Of a stretch of DNA of 64,000 bases, positions 9,286 through 18,247 are shown piece by piece. The DNA comes from an uncultured Acidobacteriaceae bacterium. GTDB lineage: Bacteria; Acidobacteriota; Terriglobia; Terriglobales; Acidobacteriaceae. A model generated the notes under the pieces. It saw only the letters and a list, made by a program, of their open reading frames with translations, made no database searches and was not told where the DNA came from. Position 1 is the first letter of the stretch. Each line of letters starts with the position of its first letter. The stretch spans positions 356,645 through 420,644 of the forward strand of contig CAVVBS010000014.1 of assembly GCA_963746595.1 (NCBI GenBank). Reading direction: 5' to 3'. The position numbers were made by a program, and so were the translations under genes.

Positions 9286-9614
9286 GAGTAGCTCCTGATG
9301 AAGCCCAGGCCTTCTGTCATGCTCTCGAGTGCCCGGTGGGTGCGGCTCACAGCCGCGATTCCCTTTGCGGTGACACGGAAGAAGCGCTTCGCACGGCCGC
9401 CGCGTTCCGGGGTAGGATCGCCGCGGTGGGACTTGACGTACCCCTTGGCCTCCAGACGATCAAGGGTCGCGTAGACTGCGCCTATGGAAACCTCACGATT
9501 GGTGCGCAGTTCAATCTCCTGCCGCACGGTGACTCCATAAGCCTGATCAGCCAGGCGCAATAGCGCCAGGACGATGATGTGCTCAAATTCGCCGAGGTAA
9601 TCGCGATCAGCCAT
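9282..9614 (-). CDS. PadR-family transcriptional regulator
   Basis: LALLRL...AYGVTVRQEI...GAVYATLDRLEAKGYV...RAKRFFRVTAKG. Confidence 0.9.
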   Translation of the reverse strand: MADRDYLGEFEHIIVLALLRLADQAYGVTVRQEIELRTNREVSIGAVYATLDRLEAKGYVKSHRGDPTPERGGRAKRFFRVTAKGIAAVSRTHRALESMTEGLGFIRSYS

Positions 9615-9811
9615 TTCTTATACAATATAGATCAAATCGCCGGAGTGGGACAAATAGCTTCGGACCATGAGGACCTGGAGAGGCTGCGTGAGAACCGCCG
9701 GTCCAGAATTGAGTCCGGCGGCGTAGCTCAGCGGCTAAAGCCGGGTTGCGCGTAAGATTTTACGGCACCGCTGAAGCCATGCCCTTCGTTTGATGAGTGT
9801 GCCGCTGGCCT

Positions 9812-12016
9812 TCAATAAGCAAGTGGATCGGGTCGAATCTGAAAGTGGACCACCTTGGGGTTCGTCCCTTTTCCCGTCTCGCTGTGGAACGGCGTGCGCG
9901 TACCCCATGTGGTCCAGACTCCTTTGCCCTTCCAGCCGGCCTTCGGGTTGTCGAAACGCCCGTCCATCCCCTTGGCAAAGAAGCCAATCGGATAAGGCAC
10001 GCGCATGATCGTGAACTTCCCGTTGACCAGAGCAATGAGCGAATCCGACGAATTACCCGTAATAATCGGCGTGTTGTTACCCAGCCCCAGGGTATCGAAC
10101 TTATCCACCCAAACGTAATAATGCGAATCCGCACTGCCCGAAGCGGTTACGTTTTTGAACTTCGGTCCCGGGGTTTGATAGAGCGTCCACCCTTCAGGAC
10201 ATTGCCGCCCGGTGGCCGTCGGCCCCTTGAGCGGACCTTTGCACTTCTGGCGGTCGAAGCTTGCCAGGTGCCCGCTGGCCAGCGCCACCCAGACGACGCC
10301 GTTGCCATCGATGTCCATCCCCCGCGGCGAAAAGCCCCACACTGGGGCTTTCGGGTCGTTCCACGGCGCTTCATAGTATTCCGCAAGAGCTGTCTCCGGC
10401 GGGTTCGATCCCGGGTTGAGGCGCACGATCCCGCCGGGAAAACCGAGCACTGAACCCCAGACCATTCCATCCTTACCAACTGCAACGCCATAGAACGCTG
10501 CGTTGAGACGCGTATCCTTGGTGGGATCAGTCGCTGCGTTGAACACTGTGGAAGTGCCCAGGCTTTCGCCGCTGGGCGCGGTCGCGACTTTCTGCTCCCC
10601 TTCCACATAGGCGTCCCGCTTGCCGTTGCCGTTGGTGTCCAGCACCAAAGCAGTCCAGCCTTGTGATTTCTGCGCATCGTGCGTCGCATCCCACATTTTC
10701 GTGTTCAACCAACCCACTACTCCGCCGCCACCGCCGCTGCTGGTCCAAAGCGTATCGTTCGCATCCGCGGCAAACACCAGGTGGTGGGTCCCGAAGCATG
10801 TGTCGATCATGGCGATTTGCTTGGTCGCCGGATCGTACATCTCCAGTTGCCGCCCGGAGCTCTGCACAGGAGTAAGCACCGCCGAAATGAGACTCGATCC
10901 GGCTTTGCAGAACGCCGGGTTATCGTTGGCGCGAATGCGAGCCGTAAACCACAAGCGTCCGCGCTCGTCGAACATGGGATTGTGCACGGTCGTGTGGCTA
11001 TCCCAGATCGGCTCGTCGCCCCAGATCGGTGACGAATTCAGCGGCTTCGGTTGCCCAGGTGTATCAGGATCGCGGTACTGAACTTTGAGCTGGCTGATTG
11101 CGTTGCGCACGGGATCGAGCACAGGAAGATAATCGCGACTCTCCTCGGGTGATCCGTAGATGAGGCCGTTGGCGTTTACGCTGGGATAACGCTTGTCGGT
11201 TGAGATCTCGTCGTGCAGATAGGCCTTGGGATCGGCCCAGTCCCATTGGGTAATCACCACGTTGCGCTCGATGCCCTGCGGCCGCGGAGGCGCCTCCGCA
11301 GGCAATTCTCCCTTCGCGATGCGAGTGGTCCAATCGCCAAACTGCTGCGTGGCTCGTTGCGCGCCGAGTTGAGCCAGTCCGCCCATCATGGCCGAACCGG
11401 CTTGCCCTGACTGCAACCGTCGCATCCATGCCTGTGCCGGAGCAAGATCGCTGAACATTGCCGGAATTGTCCGCGTGTATTCGTTGCCCAGCTGATGGCA
11501 CGACTCACAGCTATCGGTCTTGATCAGGTGAATCCACTGCGCCTGAGTTTTAATATTCGGGGAAATCCCGTTTCCATTGGTAGAGGTTCCGGGGAATTCG
11601 TTTTCCCCCGGCACTTCGAGCAGCGAGTACCAATAATTAGCCGGGTAGTAATGTGCAGCGGATTTCGCATCCGGCGCAACACTCGGTTTTAGATCCGCTC
11701 GTTTGCCTGGCTCGGTCTCCACCTTTGGCGAATCCACTAACCCGTAACCGCGAGCCCAAACGGTGTACCGGGCTTTCGGCAATGCCGGAATCAGGTAGCG
11801 CCCCTGATCGTCGGTCACCACTTCCTTGATATAGCGCGTGGGCAAATCTGTTGTTTCCGCGATCACCCACACCCCGGCTTCCGGGCCCGCGGAGCTGGTA
11901 ACCGTCCCAACAATCACATCGGGCATCATTGGTGTCGCGCTTGTGGCGCCGAGCGAGGCGGCTATGAATGCGGAAACGCCGAACGCAAGCATTCCGGGAA
12001 ACAGGGTCCTGGTCAT
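9812..12016 (-). CDS. secreted CarboxypepD_reg-like domain protein with one CxxCH heme-binding motif and beta-propeller-like repeats
   Basis: Signal peptide. VGTVTS...GVWVIAE...DDQGRYLIPALPKARYTVWA (carboxypeptidase regulatory-like fold). DSCESCHQ motif. C-terminal repeats GMDIDGNGVVWVA resemble Vgb/NHL blades. Confidence 0.75.
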   Translation of the reverse strand: MTRTLFPGMLAFGVSAFIAASLGATSATPMMPDVIVGTVTSSAGPEAGVWVIAETTDLPTRYIKEVVTDDQGRYLIPALPKARYTVWARGYGLVDSPKVETEPGKRADLKPSVAPDAKSAAHYYPANYWYSLLEVPGENEFPGTSTNGNGISPNIKTQAQWIHLIKTDSCESCHQLGNEYTRTIPAMFSDLAPAQAWMRRLQSGQAGSAMMGGLAQLGAQRATQQFGDWTTRIAKGELPAEAPPRPQGIERNVVITQWDWADPKAYLHDEISTDKRYPSVNANGLIYGSPEESRDYLPVLDPVRNAISQLKVQYRDPDTPGQPKPLNSSPIWGDEPIWDSHTTVHNPMFDERGRLWFTARIRANDNPAFCKAGSSLISAVLTPVQSSGRQLEMYDPATKQIAMIDTCFGTHHLVFAADANDTLWTSSGGGGGVVGWLNTKMWDATHDAQKSQGWTALVLDTNGNGKRDAYVEGEQKVATAPSGESLGTSTVFNAATDPTKDTRLNAAFYGVAVGKDGMVWGSVLGFPGGIVRLNPGSNPPETALAEYYEAPWNDPKAPVWGFSPRGMDIDGNGVVWVALASGHLASFDRQKCKGPLKGPTATGRQCPEGWTLYQTPGPKFKNVTASGSADSHYYVWVDKFDTLGLGNNTPIITGNSSDSLIALVNGKFTIMRVPYPIGFFAKGMDGRFDNPKAGWKGKGVWTTWGTRTPFHSETGKGTNPKVVHFQIRPDPLAY

Positions 12017-12049
12017 CTGATGTGACCTCCCTATGGCTTTGCCGATTGG

Positions 12050-12170
12050 CCGCTAGAGCATTTTAGCTAATGGTGTAGACCAGGAAACTGAACTCGACGC
12101 GGCCATTCCGCCAAAGAATGGCCGCACATAACCGATCTCACCGGACCACAGTATTAGCTAGAATGCGTTA
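12050..12170. repeat. 121-nt MITE-like palindromic element, copy A
   Basis: More than 90 percent identical (by eye) to the reverse complement of 27311-27431. Terminal inverted repeats GCATTyTAGCTAAT and a central hairpin GCGGCCATTC...GAATGGCCGC. Confidence 0.75.
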
Positions 12171-12210
12171 ATATACGCTCGCCTGCCTCCCAGAGGCAAT
12201 CAAGCTCACC

Positions 12211-12408
12211 TCATGAAAGGAAGAGAGTGCACCCAGGACTGCCGATCGCTGTATATCGTCCGGTGAAGCTTAACAGTCCGGTCTTTCGGTCGACTCGAAA
12301 GGACGCGATGCTATCGCTGCGTTGATTGCAAGCAAACATAAACCATCCGCTGGGATCGAGTGTATGTGCCTCGGGTAATCGCCCATGGTTGAGTCTCCTG
12401 TCCCGCAT
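12211..12408 (-). pseudogene. lactonase (7-bladed beta-propeller, Pgl/YbhE-like) C-terminal remnant
   Basis: LDPSGWFMFACNQRSDSIASFRVDRKTGLLSFTG matches the last blades of lactonase-family proteins. No upstream part is present. Confidence 0.45.
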
Positions 12409-12479
12409 CTCCCCGCATCTTCTAAAGTGGGAACGGCCGCCGTGTAGACTGGCGAACGCAGGTTGAGGAACGATTTTCT

Positions 12480-14066
12480 ATGCACTGGAAGACGGCGAAT
12501 TGGATTGGCGCTGCTCTGTTGACGGCAATGGTGGCGGTGAGTGCGGCTCCGGTGCGGGCGGCGGATGCGCAGCTTCAAGTCAAGACGAAACAGGGCAAGG
12601 TCGAAGGGCGGATGGATGGGGACGTGAAGGCGTTCCTGGGGATTCCGTTTGCCGCGCCGCCGGTGGGGCCGCTGCGCTGGAAGCCGCCGATGCCCGCGGA
12701 GAAGTGGAGAGGGGTGCGGTTGGCGACCGGGTTCGGGTATCGCTGCATGCAGCCGTCGATCTATCACGACATGAGGTTTCGCGATGCGGGTATGAGCGAG
12801 GACTGCCTGACGCTGAACGTGTGGACGCCGGCGAAGAATGATCATGCGAAGCTGCCGGTGATGGTGTGGATCTACGGCGGCGGCTATACGGCGGGAAGCA
12901 CGTCGGAGCGGCGGCAGGATGGAGCGGCACTGACGAAGAACGGCGTGATCGTGGTGACGATGAACTATCGGCTGGGGATCTTCGGGTTCTTCGCGAATGA
13001 TGACCTGGCGAAGGAGTCGGGCAGGAATGCGGCGGGCAACTATGGTTTGCTGGACCAGACGGCCGCGCTCGAGTGGGTGAAAGACAACATCGCAGCGTTC
13101 GGCGGCGATCCGGAGAATGTGACGCTGTTCGGAGAGAGCGCGGGATCGTTTTCGGTGTGCGCGCAGATGGCGTCGCCTCTGGCCAAGGGACTGTTCAAAC
13201 AGGTGATCGGGGAGAGCGGCGGGGCGCTGTATGGAAGCAAGGGCGTCTCGTTCAAGCCGTTGGCGGAGACGGCGGAAAAGGACGATGCGTTTGCCAGGAC
13301 GGTGCTCTCGGCAACGACGCTCGAACAGCTTCGAGCGATCCCGGCGTCGGAGCTGCTCGAAGACATGATGAAGAAGAACGAGGCGGGCGAGACTACGCGG
13401 TTCAGTCCGGTGGTGGATGGTTATTTTCTGCCGGAGAGCCCGGCGGCGATCTTTGCGGCGGGCAAGCAGAACGACGTGCCCATGCTGGCGGGATGGAACC
13501 GCGATGAAGGCGGCTATGATCCGAAGGTGACGGTGGAGAGCTTCAAGGCCGCGGTGGAGAAGCAGTTTCCTGAGCAGGCGGCGGAGCTGTTGGCTCTGAA
13601 CCCGGTGACGGATGACACGAGCGCGATACGGGCGAGCGCGGACCTGGCCGCTGACCGCTTTATCGCCTACTCCACGTGGAAGTGGATCGAAGCGCAGACG
13701 AAGACGGGTAAGAAGCCGGTTTACCGGTTCTACTTCGAACAGGTAGCGCCTCCGGACCCGGACCATCCGGTGGGTCTGGCGGCGTATCACTCGTCTGAGA
13801 TCATGTATGTCTTCGGGGACCTGGACCTGGTGAGCAGCATCGGCTTTCATTTCCGGCCAGAGGACCATCAGACCAGCACGGCGATGCAGAAGTACTGGAC
13901 CAACTTTGCGAAGACAGGCGATCCGAACGGCGAGGGGCTGGCGAAGTGGCCGGTGTATGCGGCGGATACGCAGTGGCAGGTGATGCACCTGGGGCCGGAG
14001 CCGATGGCGGCGCCGGATAGGCACCGGGCGCAGGATCTGCTGCTGGATAGTATTTGGGGTAAATAG
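12480..14066 (+). CDS. type-B carboxylesterase/lipase family protein, secreted
   Basis: Signal peptide, EDCLTLNVW motif and nucleophile elbow GESAGS. 528 aa. Confidence 0.9.
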   Translation: MHWKTANWIGAALLTAMVAVSAAPVRAADAQLQVKTKQGKVEGRMDGDVKAFLGIPFAAPPVGPLRWKPPMPAEKWRGVRLATGFGYRCMQPSIYHDMRFRDAGMSEDCLTLNVWTPAKNDHAKLPVMVWIYGGGYTAGSTSERRQDGAALTKNGVIVVTMNYRLGIFGFFANDDLAKESGRNAAGNYGLLDQTAALEWVKDNIAAFGGDPENVTLFGESAGSFSVCAQMASPLAKGLFKQVIGESGGALYGSKGVSFKPLAETAEKDDAFARTVLSATTLEQLRAIPASELLEDMMKKNEAGETTRFSPVVDGYFLPESPAAIFAAGKQNDVPMLAGWNRDEGGYDPKVTVESFKAAVEKQFPEQAAELLALNPVTDDTSAIRASADLAADRFIAYSTWKWIEAQTKTGKKPVYRFYFEQVAPPDPDHPVGLAAYHSSEIMYVFGDLDLVSSIGFHFRPEDHQTSTAMQKYWTNFAKTGDPNGEGLAKWPVYAADTQWQVMHLGPEPMAAPDRHRAQDLLLDSIWGK

Positions 14067-14180
14067 CGGTTGGGGGAAACCGAAGAGATGGGCCGGCTCA
14101 TCACCTGGAACGGCTGACGCGATCGCGAGGGGATGGTGGTTACTCTGTCTTTCCCGCATCTCCCACGAGGGGGTCCGAGT

Positions 14181-14687
14181 TTAATCCGCCGTTGGGGGGA
14201 GCGGTTTCCGTCTCTTGGCATCGTTCGCGAGCAACAACTCGATAAGGTCCGGGGCAACATGAAAGTTGGTTGCTTGTAAGGCGGCGAGTGCCTGCGGCAG
14301 ATCCAGGAAGTTGCGACGAGCTGCTTCCGCGAGAATGCCGAGAGTCCCAATCACAGGGAGTCCGCGATTTGCAGCTTCGCGTCTGCCCTCCAGGTCATCG
14401 ATAATCAGCCGCTCAGCCTTGAATGATTCTGCCAGCAGAATTGCATCCTGCTCCCCCCGGTCCAGCCGCTCCAGGAGGGGGTCTAACCGGAAGATGAGCG
14501 TACTGATTTGCAGCCAGCGCGGGGGAGCCCCAGCCCACGCGCGAACCTCTGCGGGCGCGTCGCTATCCTGAAGCTCATCGAGGACGGTTTGCGGTACGAG
14601 AATCTCGGCGTATATTTTCGCGAGGATATCAATATGTCCGAGGAGCACAAGATAGTTGAGGGGCGAGGTGTCTGCGACGACGATCAT
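14181..14687 (-). CDS. DUF3368 (PIN-like) domain protein, putative toxin
   Basis: The N-terminus MIVVADTSPLNYL is typical of PIN-like DUF3368 (COG2405). An 18-nt gap separates it from the upstream UPF0175 gene. Confidence 0.7.
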   Translation of the reverse strand: MIVVADTSPLNYLVLLGHIDILAKIYAEILVPQTVLDELQDSDAPAEVRAWAGAPPRWLQISTLIFRLDPLLERLDRGEQDAILLAESFKAERLIIDDLEGRREAANRGLPVIGTLGILAEAARRNFLDLPQALAALQATNFHVAPDLIELLLANDAKRRKPLPPTAD

Positions 14688-14704
14688 GCAGCTAAGCGTT
14701 TGCC

Positions 14705-14980
14705 CTATTCTTTCAAGGTCTCTTCAAAGTGCTTGAGCGAGGCTAGATCATTCTGAAGTTCACGGATGGAGTAATTGAGATAGACGTTGTGGGCCTTGAG
14801 GAAGGTGTGAACTTGCATCCTGGTTCTGAAACCCAGCATACGGCGAACCTGTCCTTCCGACAAACGCTCGCTGCGATATCCCTCCAGCGCTAAGGCTTCT
14901 AGAGCGGCGCGAGAGAGGTCTGGCTGCTGGTTTTGGATCACGCGTGCGACATCGTCCGGGATTTGAAGTTGCACATCCAT
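14705..14980 (-). CDS. UPF0175-family protein, putative antitoxin
   Basis: About 91 aa. ALEGYRSERLSEGQVRRMLGF resembles the UPF0175 signature. This is the canonical partner of DUF3368. Confidence 0.65.
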   Translation of the reverse strand: MDVQLQIPDDVARVIQNQQPDLSRAALEALALEGYRSERLSEGQVRRMLGFRTRMQVHTFLKAHNVYLNYSIRELQNDLASLKHFEETLKE

Positions 14981-15125
14981 GCTGCACAATTATCTCATTG
15001 TCCGCGGCCGGGGGAACTTGGGGACGACAGGAAGTGTCACTGATGTTCCGGGAATAGGCGGAATAAAACACTAAATCGTTTGCCAGACGTTCAGCGTCTA
15101 GGAAACGTCCCGTCCCCGAGCTCTC

Positions 15126-15183
15126 GGTGATTATTTCGTCTGTCACCGATCCCTGGTCGTCGATCTCTGTCACCGATTTCCCC
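15126..15183. repeat. left inverted repeat of the 1.2 kb cassette, with three GTCnyCGAT sub-repeats
   Basis: GGTGATTATTTCGTCTGTCACCGATCCCTG...GTCACCGATTTCCCC pairs with the reverse complement of 16290-16330. Confidence 0.7.
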
Positions 15184-15232
15184 AATGCCTGTCCCTTCAA
15201 TGCCACCGAGTGGCGCGACGGGTCCATGGCTC

Positions 15233-16096
15233 TTACTTGTTATGTTCTCTCGCTTTCCTGATCATTTTTAGCAGAGTTGGGAGTTCGCCGGGAGCGGGTA
15301 GCAAGCCAGCAGCTCGTTGTTGTCGAATACTGGCTATCTTACCGCTCAGTGTAGTTGGCTGAGACTCGTTCTCTCTTTCCGGGCCAAAGTAGACGGTTAT
15401 TTGGTTGTCGGGTAGAGCATAGTTTGCGCTACCTTCCGCTTCGATATCGATGCTAGAAAACGCTTGGTACACGTCCTCATACGTCGGAGAGAGCGTCGTC
15501 CAGCCGCCGACATTCCATTTCCATTTGGTCGTTTGGCTCTCCTCAGTTCCACCGTGCTCAACGAGAACAACACCTTGCATTGGGCGCACTCAGGTTACCC
15601 GCTGAACCGTTCCATCCACATCCCATCCAGCCTCGCCAAAGTAGTTTTGAAATTGCGTTGCATATACGCATGTATGTTCATCCGCAGCAGGGCACGAAAT
15701 TTGAATATGCATCGGTGGCTTCTGAACACCCTGTAGGGGTTTTTCAAAAAGCGCACGTTCCTTTTTTGTAAGGATGTGCCGGTGACCAACTGGCCAAACA
15801 GTTCTTCCGTACAGGGTGACCCCAATAACCATTACAAAGAAAAACAGAGTTAGGCGTACTCGCCTCGCCTTGCCCGATGGCGCATTTCTCACCCAGCCCA
15901 GGTGACGAATCGGTGGAACAAGAAGTAGCCCAATCGATGCCAGAGCAATTGTTACTGCGACAGGATTGCGGTTGGGGAACAGTTGAAGTGCTATGGTCGT
16001 GGCACAGGCCAGCAGAAAAGCACCGAGTCCCCTGGAGCGAGAACCTGTTCTGGTGTCGTCTGCCTTGCTCTACTCGCCGCTTTCGGCCATAGCCAT
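15233..16096 (-). pseudogene. hypothetical membrane protein interrupted by in-frame TAG and TGA
   Basis: A single frame runs from the ATG at 16096, with TAG at 16070-16072 and TGA at 15590-15592. Three predicted TM segments are followed by a soluble domain. The ORF track splits it into 15590-15892 and 15233-15589. Confidence 0.5.
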
Positions 16097-16289
16097 CGCT
16101 GGCTAGCGTAACGCAGCTTAATCTTCCATCTAAGACTCACCAGAAATAACAGCCTTCTGATGTTGGCCGGAACTGGCATCGGTTCGACCGGAATTCGCCG
16201 GTTAGGGCGAAGGGCGAACCTAGTAGTTCGTCGCTCCTTTCAATTGGGGGGCATGTTTTGCTTGGGAGGATGCGGGATGCGTCGACTGC

Positions 16290-16330
16290 GGGGATCAGTG
16301 ACAGGGATACGTGACAGACGAAATAACCCC
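16290..16330. repeat. right inverted repeat of the 1.2 kb cassette
   Basis: Its reverse complement GGGGTTATTTCGTCTGTCACGTATCCCTGTCACTGATCCCC matches 15126-15183, including a 16-nt identical core TTATTTCGTCTGTCAC. Confidence 0.7.
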
Positions 16331-16439
16331 TATATAGATTAGAGCTACGCCGCGAATCGCTTGTTGAACCGTTGAGCGACGCGGGTTTTCCGGATAGACG
16401 AAACGGAGTTGCAGCATAGGAGTTGCAAACGAGGCAATC

Positions 16440-16842
16440 CCGCGAGCTATTTCGGGGTCATTTCGTTTCTGCTCACTCGTCGCCTGTCGAGTTGACAGGA
16501 AACCAAGAATACCGATCCGCGAACTGTTCACCTCAACCAGACCGCATTGGACGCTATCAAGTCGGTGAAGTCAATGCCAAGCCGAATGATTTTGTCTTTC
16601 AGCGTCGATCTGAGCAGCTCCAGACAACCGTTTCTGGTTTTTTCCGTGTCTGGATGAGGCCAACATTGAGGACTACACTTGGCACAACAATCGACACACG
16701 TTCGGTAGTTGGTTGGCGATGGCTGGTGCGTCAGGTCAAGGAGATTCAAGTGGCTGGTGGGTGGAAGTCGATCCAGATGGCTGCGAGATACTCACACTTG
16801 AGTCCTGCGCACACCGCGTCAGTGGTCGAAAAGCTCGTTTGA
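16440..16842 (+). pseudogene. tyrosine recombinase/integrase, C-terminal catalytic part with multiple frameshifts
   Basis: TKNTDPRTVHLNQTALDAIK, IEDYTWHNNRHTFGSWLAMAGAS and VKEIQVAGGWKSIQMAARYSHLSPAH lie in three different frames. The N-terminal half is missing. Confidence 0.65.
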
Positions 16843-17274
16843 AAGAGGAAGCACGAAATGGATGCACCGCAGATCAAACTCAGGCCAGACGATAGCGGTT
16901 GTGAGCACGCGGACGGGCCAAACAAGAACAGTCAACGGAATGCTGGTGTGGAGATGCCCATTATGTGGCCACACCTTAACAGAGACCGATTGGCAGCACC
17001 GGCACGACGGTTGGCGTAATTTCAATAGTCGAAATTAGTTGAGCAAGTACCCGCGCGGTTACTCATTTCCGAAGAGCAAATGCCCCATCACTCTTCCAAG
17101 TAGCGCTTCGCACGGCGCAAGTAGTCCTGTTCTACTTCCAATTCAGCGATGACCATCTGAAAGCCGTCCAGCTTGACCCGTTGAAGAGCTTCCATGCGCT
17201 TCTCCAGGCGAATCAGAAGGCGCTCGAAGAACCTGAACCGGTGTCAGCTTCCGCGGTGGCATAATCAGGGCCGT

Positions 17275-17541
17275 CTCAGCCTCGCGTACTGGTCGGGCGA
17301 TAGTCGCAGGTACACACCACCCTCACCCTTCGCTATCGCGTAGTCCAGCATTTGCCGATCCTCCGACGTTTGCCAGGCTTCTCCGCGTCGCGCCAGTTCG
17401 CGGATCTTGCCTTCATCCTCTGAAGGTCAGCGTCTTGGGCAGTGGTGTTTGCAGTCCCGGCTCCAGGAACGTGACATGCCAGACGTCGCGCCGAACGAAC
17501 TGCATGAAGATCCTGTGGTTCGCCTTGGTGTACCGGCTCAT
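17275..17541 (-). pseudogene. small hypothetical protein, frameshifted
   Basis: MSRYTKANHRIFMQFVRRDVWHVTFLEPGLQTPLPKTLTFR continues as DEGKIRELARRGEAW...GGVYLRLSPDQYARL in another frame (break near 17415). Confidence 0.35.
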
Positions 17542-17612
17542 GCCTGACAGTGATAGGCGAATATAAGGCGAAAGTCATCCACAGCGATGCTCGGTGGGAT
17601 TAAAGTTGAAGC

Positions 17613-18192
17613 ATGCCTTGGTACGAATGGGCGTTGAGTGGCGTTGGAGCGACAGTGTCGGGTGGCGCAGGCTTTCTACTGCGACGATTCTTCACAAAGC
17701 CACAGGTGGCAATCCCAACAGTCAGCGCGAGACTGACCTCGGTCTCGGACTCACAGGTAGCAGTCGGCACCAACGTGAGTCAGCACATCACGGTACATCA
17801 TCACCAGCCCACTCCAGAACGACCGACCTTGAACGCAGGAATGAAGCCGACCGAACCTTCACCCGGTCAGATCGTGGCAGATTTGGAAACACTGCCACCG
17901 TTAGAGACATCAAGCACAGAGAAAATTCTCAAAGACTTACCTGTGGTTTGGCTTCTGACGCTGATCTCGCTGAAGCCATCTGGTAATGCTTGGAGTGTAG
18001 TGTTTTGGAGTCCTCCAATCCGTCATCGTTTGTGCAGATTTCACTGAACTACCACCGGAGTTTAAGGTAGCGCCTATTGACACGACGGTCTTGGTTCGAG
18101 GAAGAATTCTCAAGGTCAGAACATGGGTCATCGAGTTGGAAGGTGATCCAGAAATTATCGAAGTGAGACGACCGGATTCGCACCCCGGCTGA
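17613..18192 (+). pseudogene. hypothetical protein, frameshifted near 18000
   Basis: The 144-aa ORF continues in another frame as GVLQSVIVCADFTELPPEFKVAPIDTTVLVRGRILKVRTWVIELEGDPEIIEV. Confidence 0.35.
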
Positions 18193-18247
18193 GATCGACT
18201 CCGGGAACCTTTTCCGGAGCACACCAGCTAGTGGTACGCTTCCGGGT

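Noticed and set aside
9717-9790. GGCGTAGCTCAGCGG... looks like the 5' end of a tRNA
   Set aside because: No matching D-stem (GAGC), anticodon arm, T-arm or acceptor 3' strand follows. The segment continues into ...CGCTGAAGCCATGCCCTTCG, which resembles another dispersed intergenic repeat. It is not a tRNA gene.
12270-14159. 629-aa ORF on the minus strand
   Set aside because: It is antisense to the well-supported carboxylesterase gene. It is extremely Arg/His/Leu/Pro-rich with no motifs, which is typical of a shadow ORF in GC-rich DNA.
12405-14170. Short direct repeat CCCGCATCTCCC on both sides of the carboxylesterase gene, as possible target duplication
   Set aside because: Only 12 nt are exact in GC-rich sequence. 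There are no recombinase or transposon ends, and the esterase has the same composition as its flanks. It is probably chance.
15590-15592. In-frame TGA as selenocysteine or programmed read-through
   Set aside because: No SECIS-like hairpin is evident immediately downstream. The same frame also has an in-frame TAG, and neighbouring genes are degraded. A nonsense mutation is the simpler explanation.
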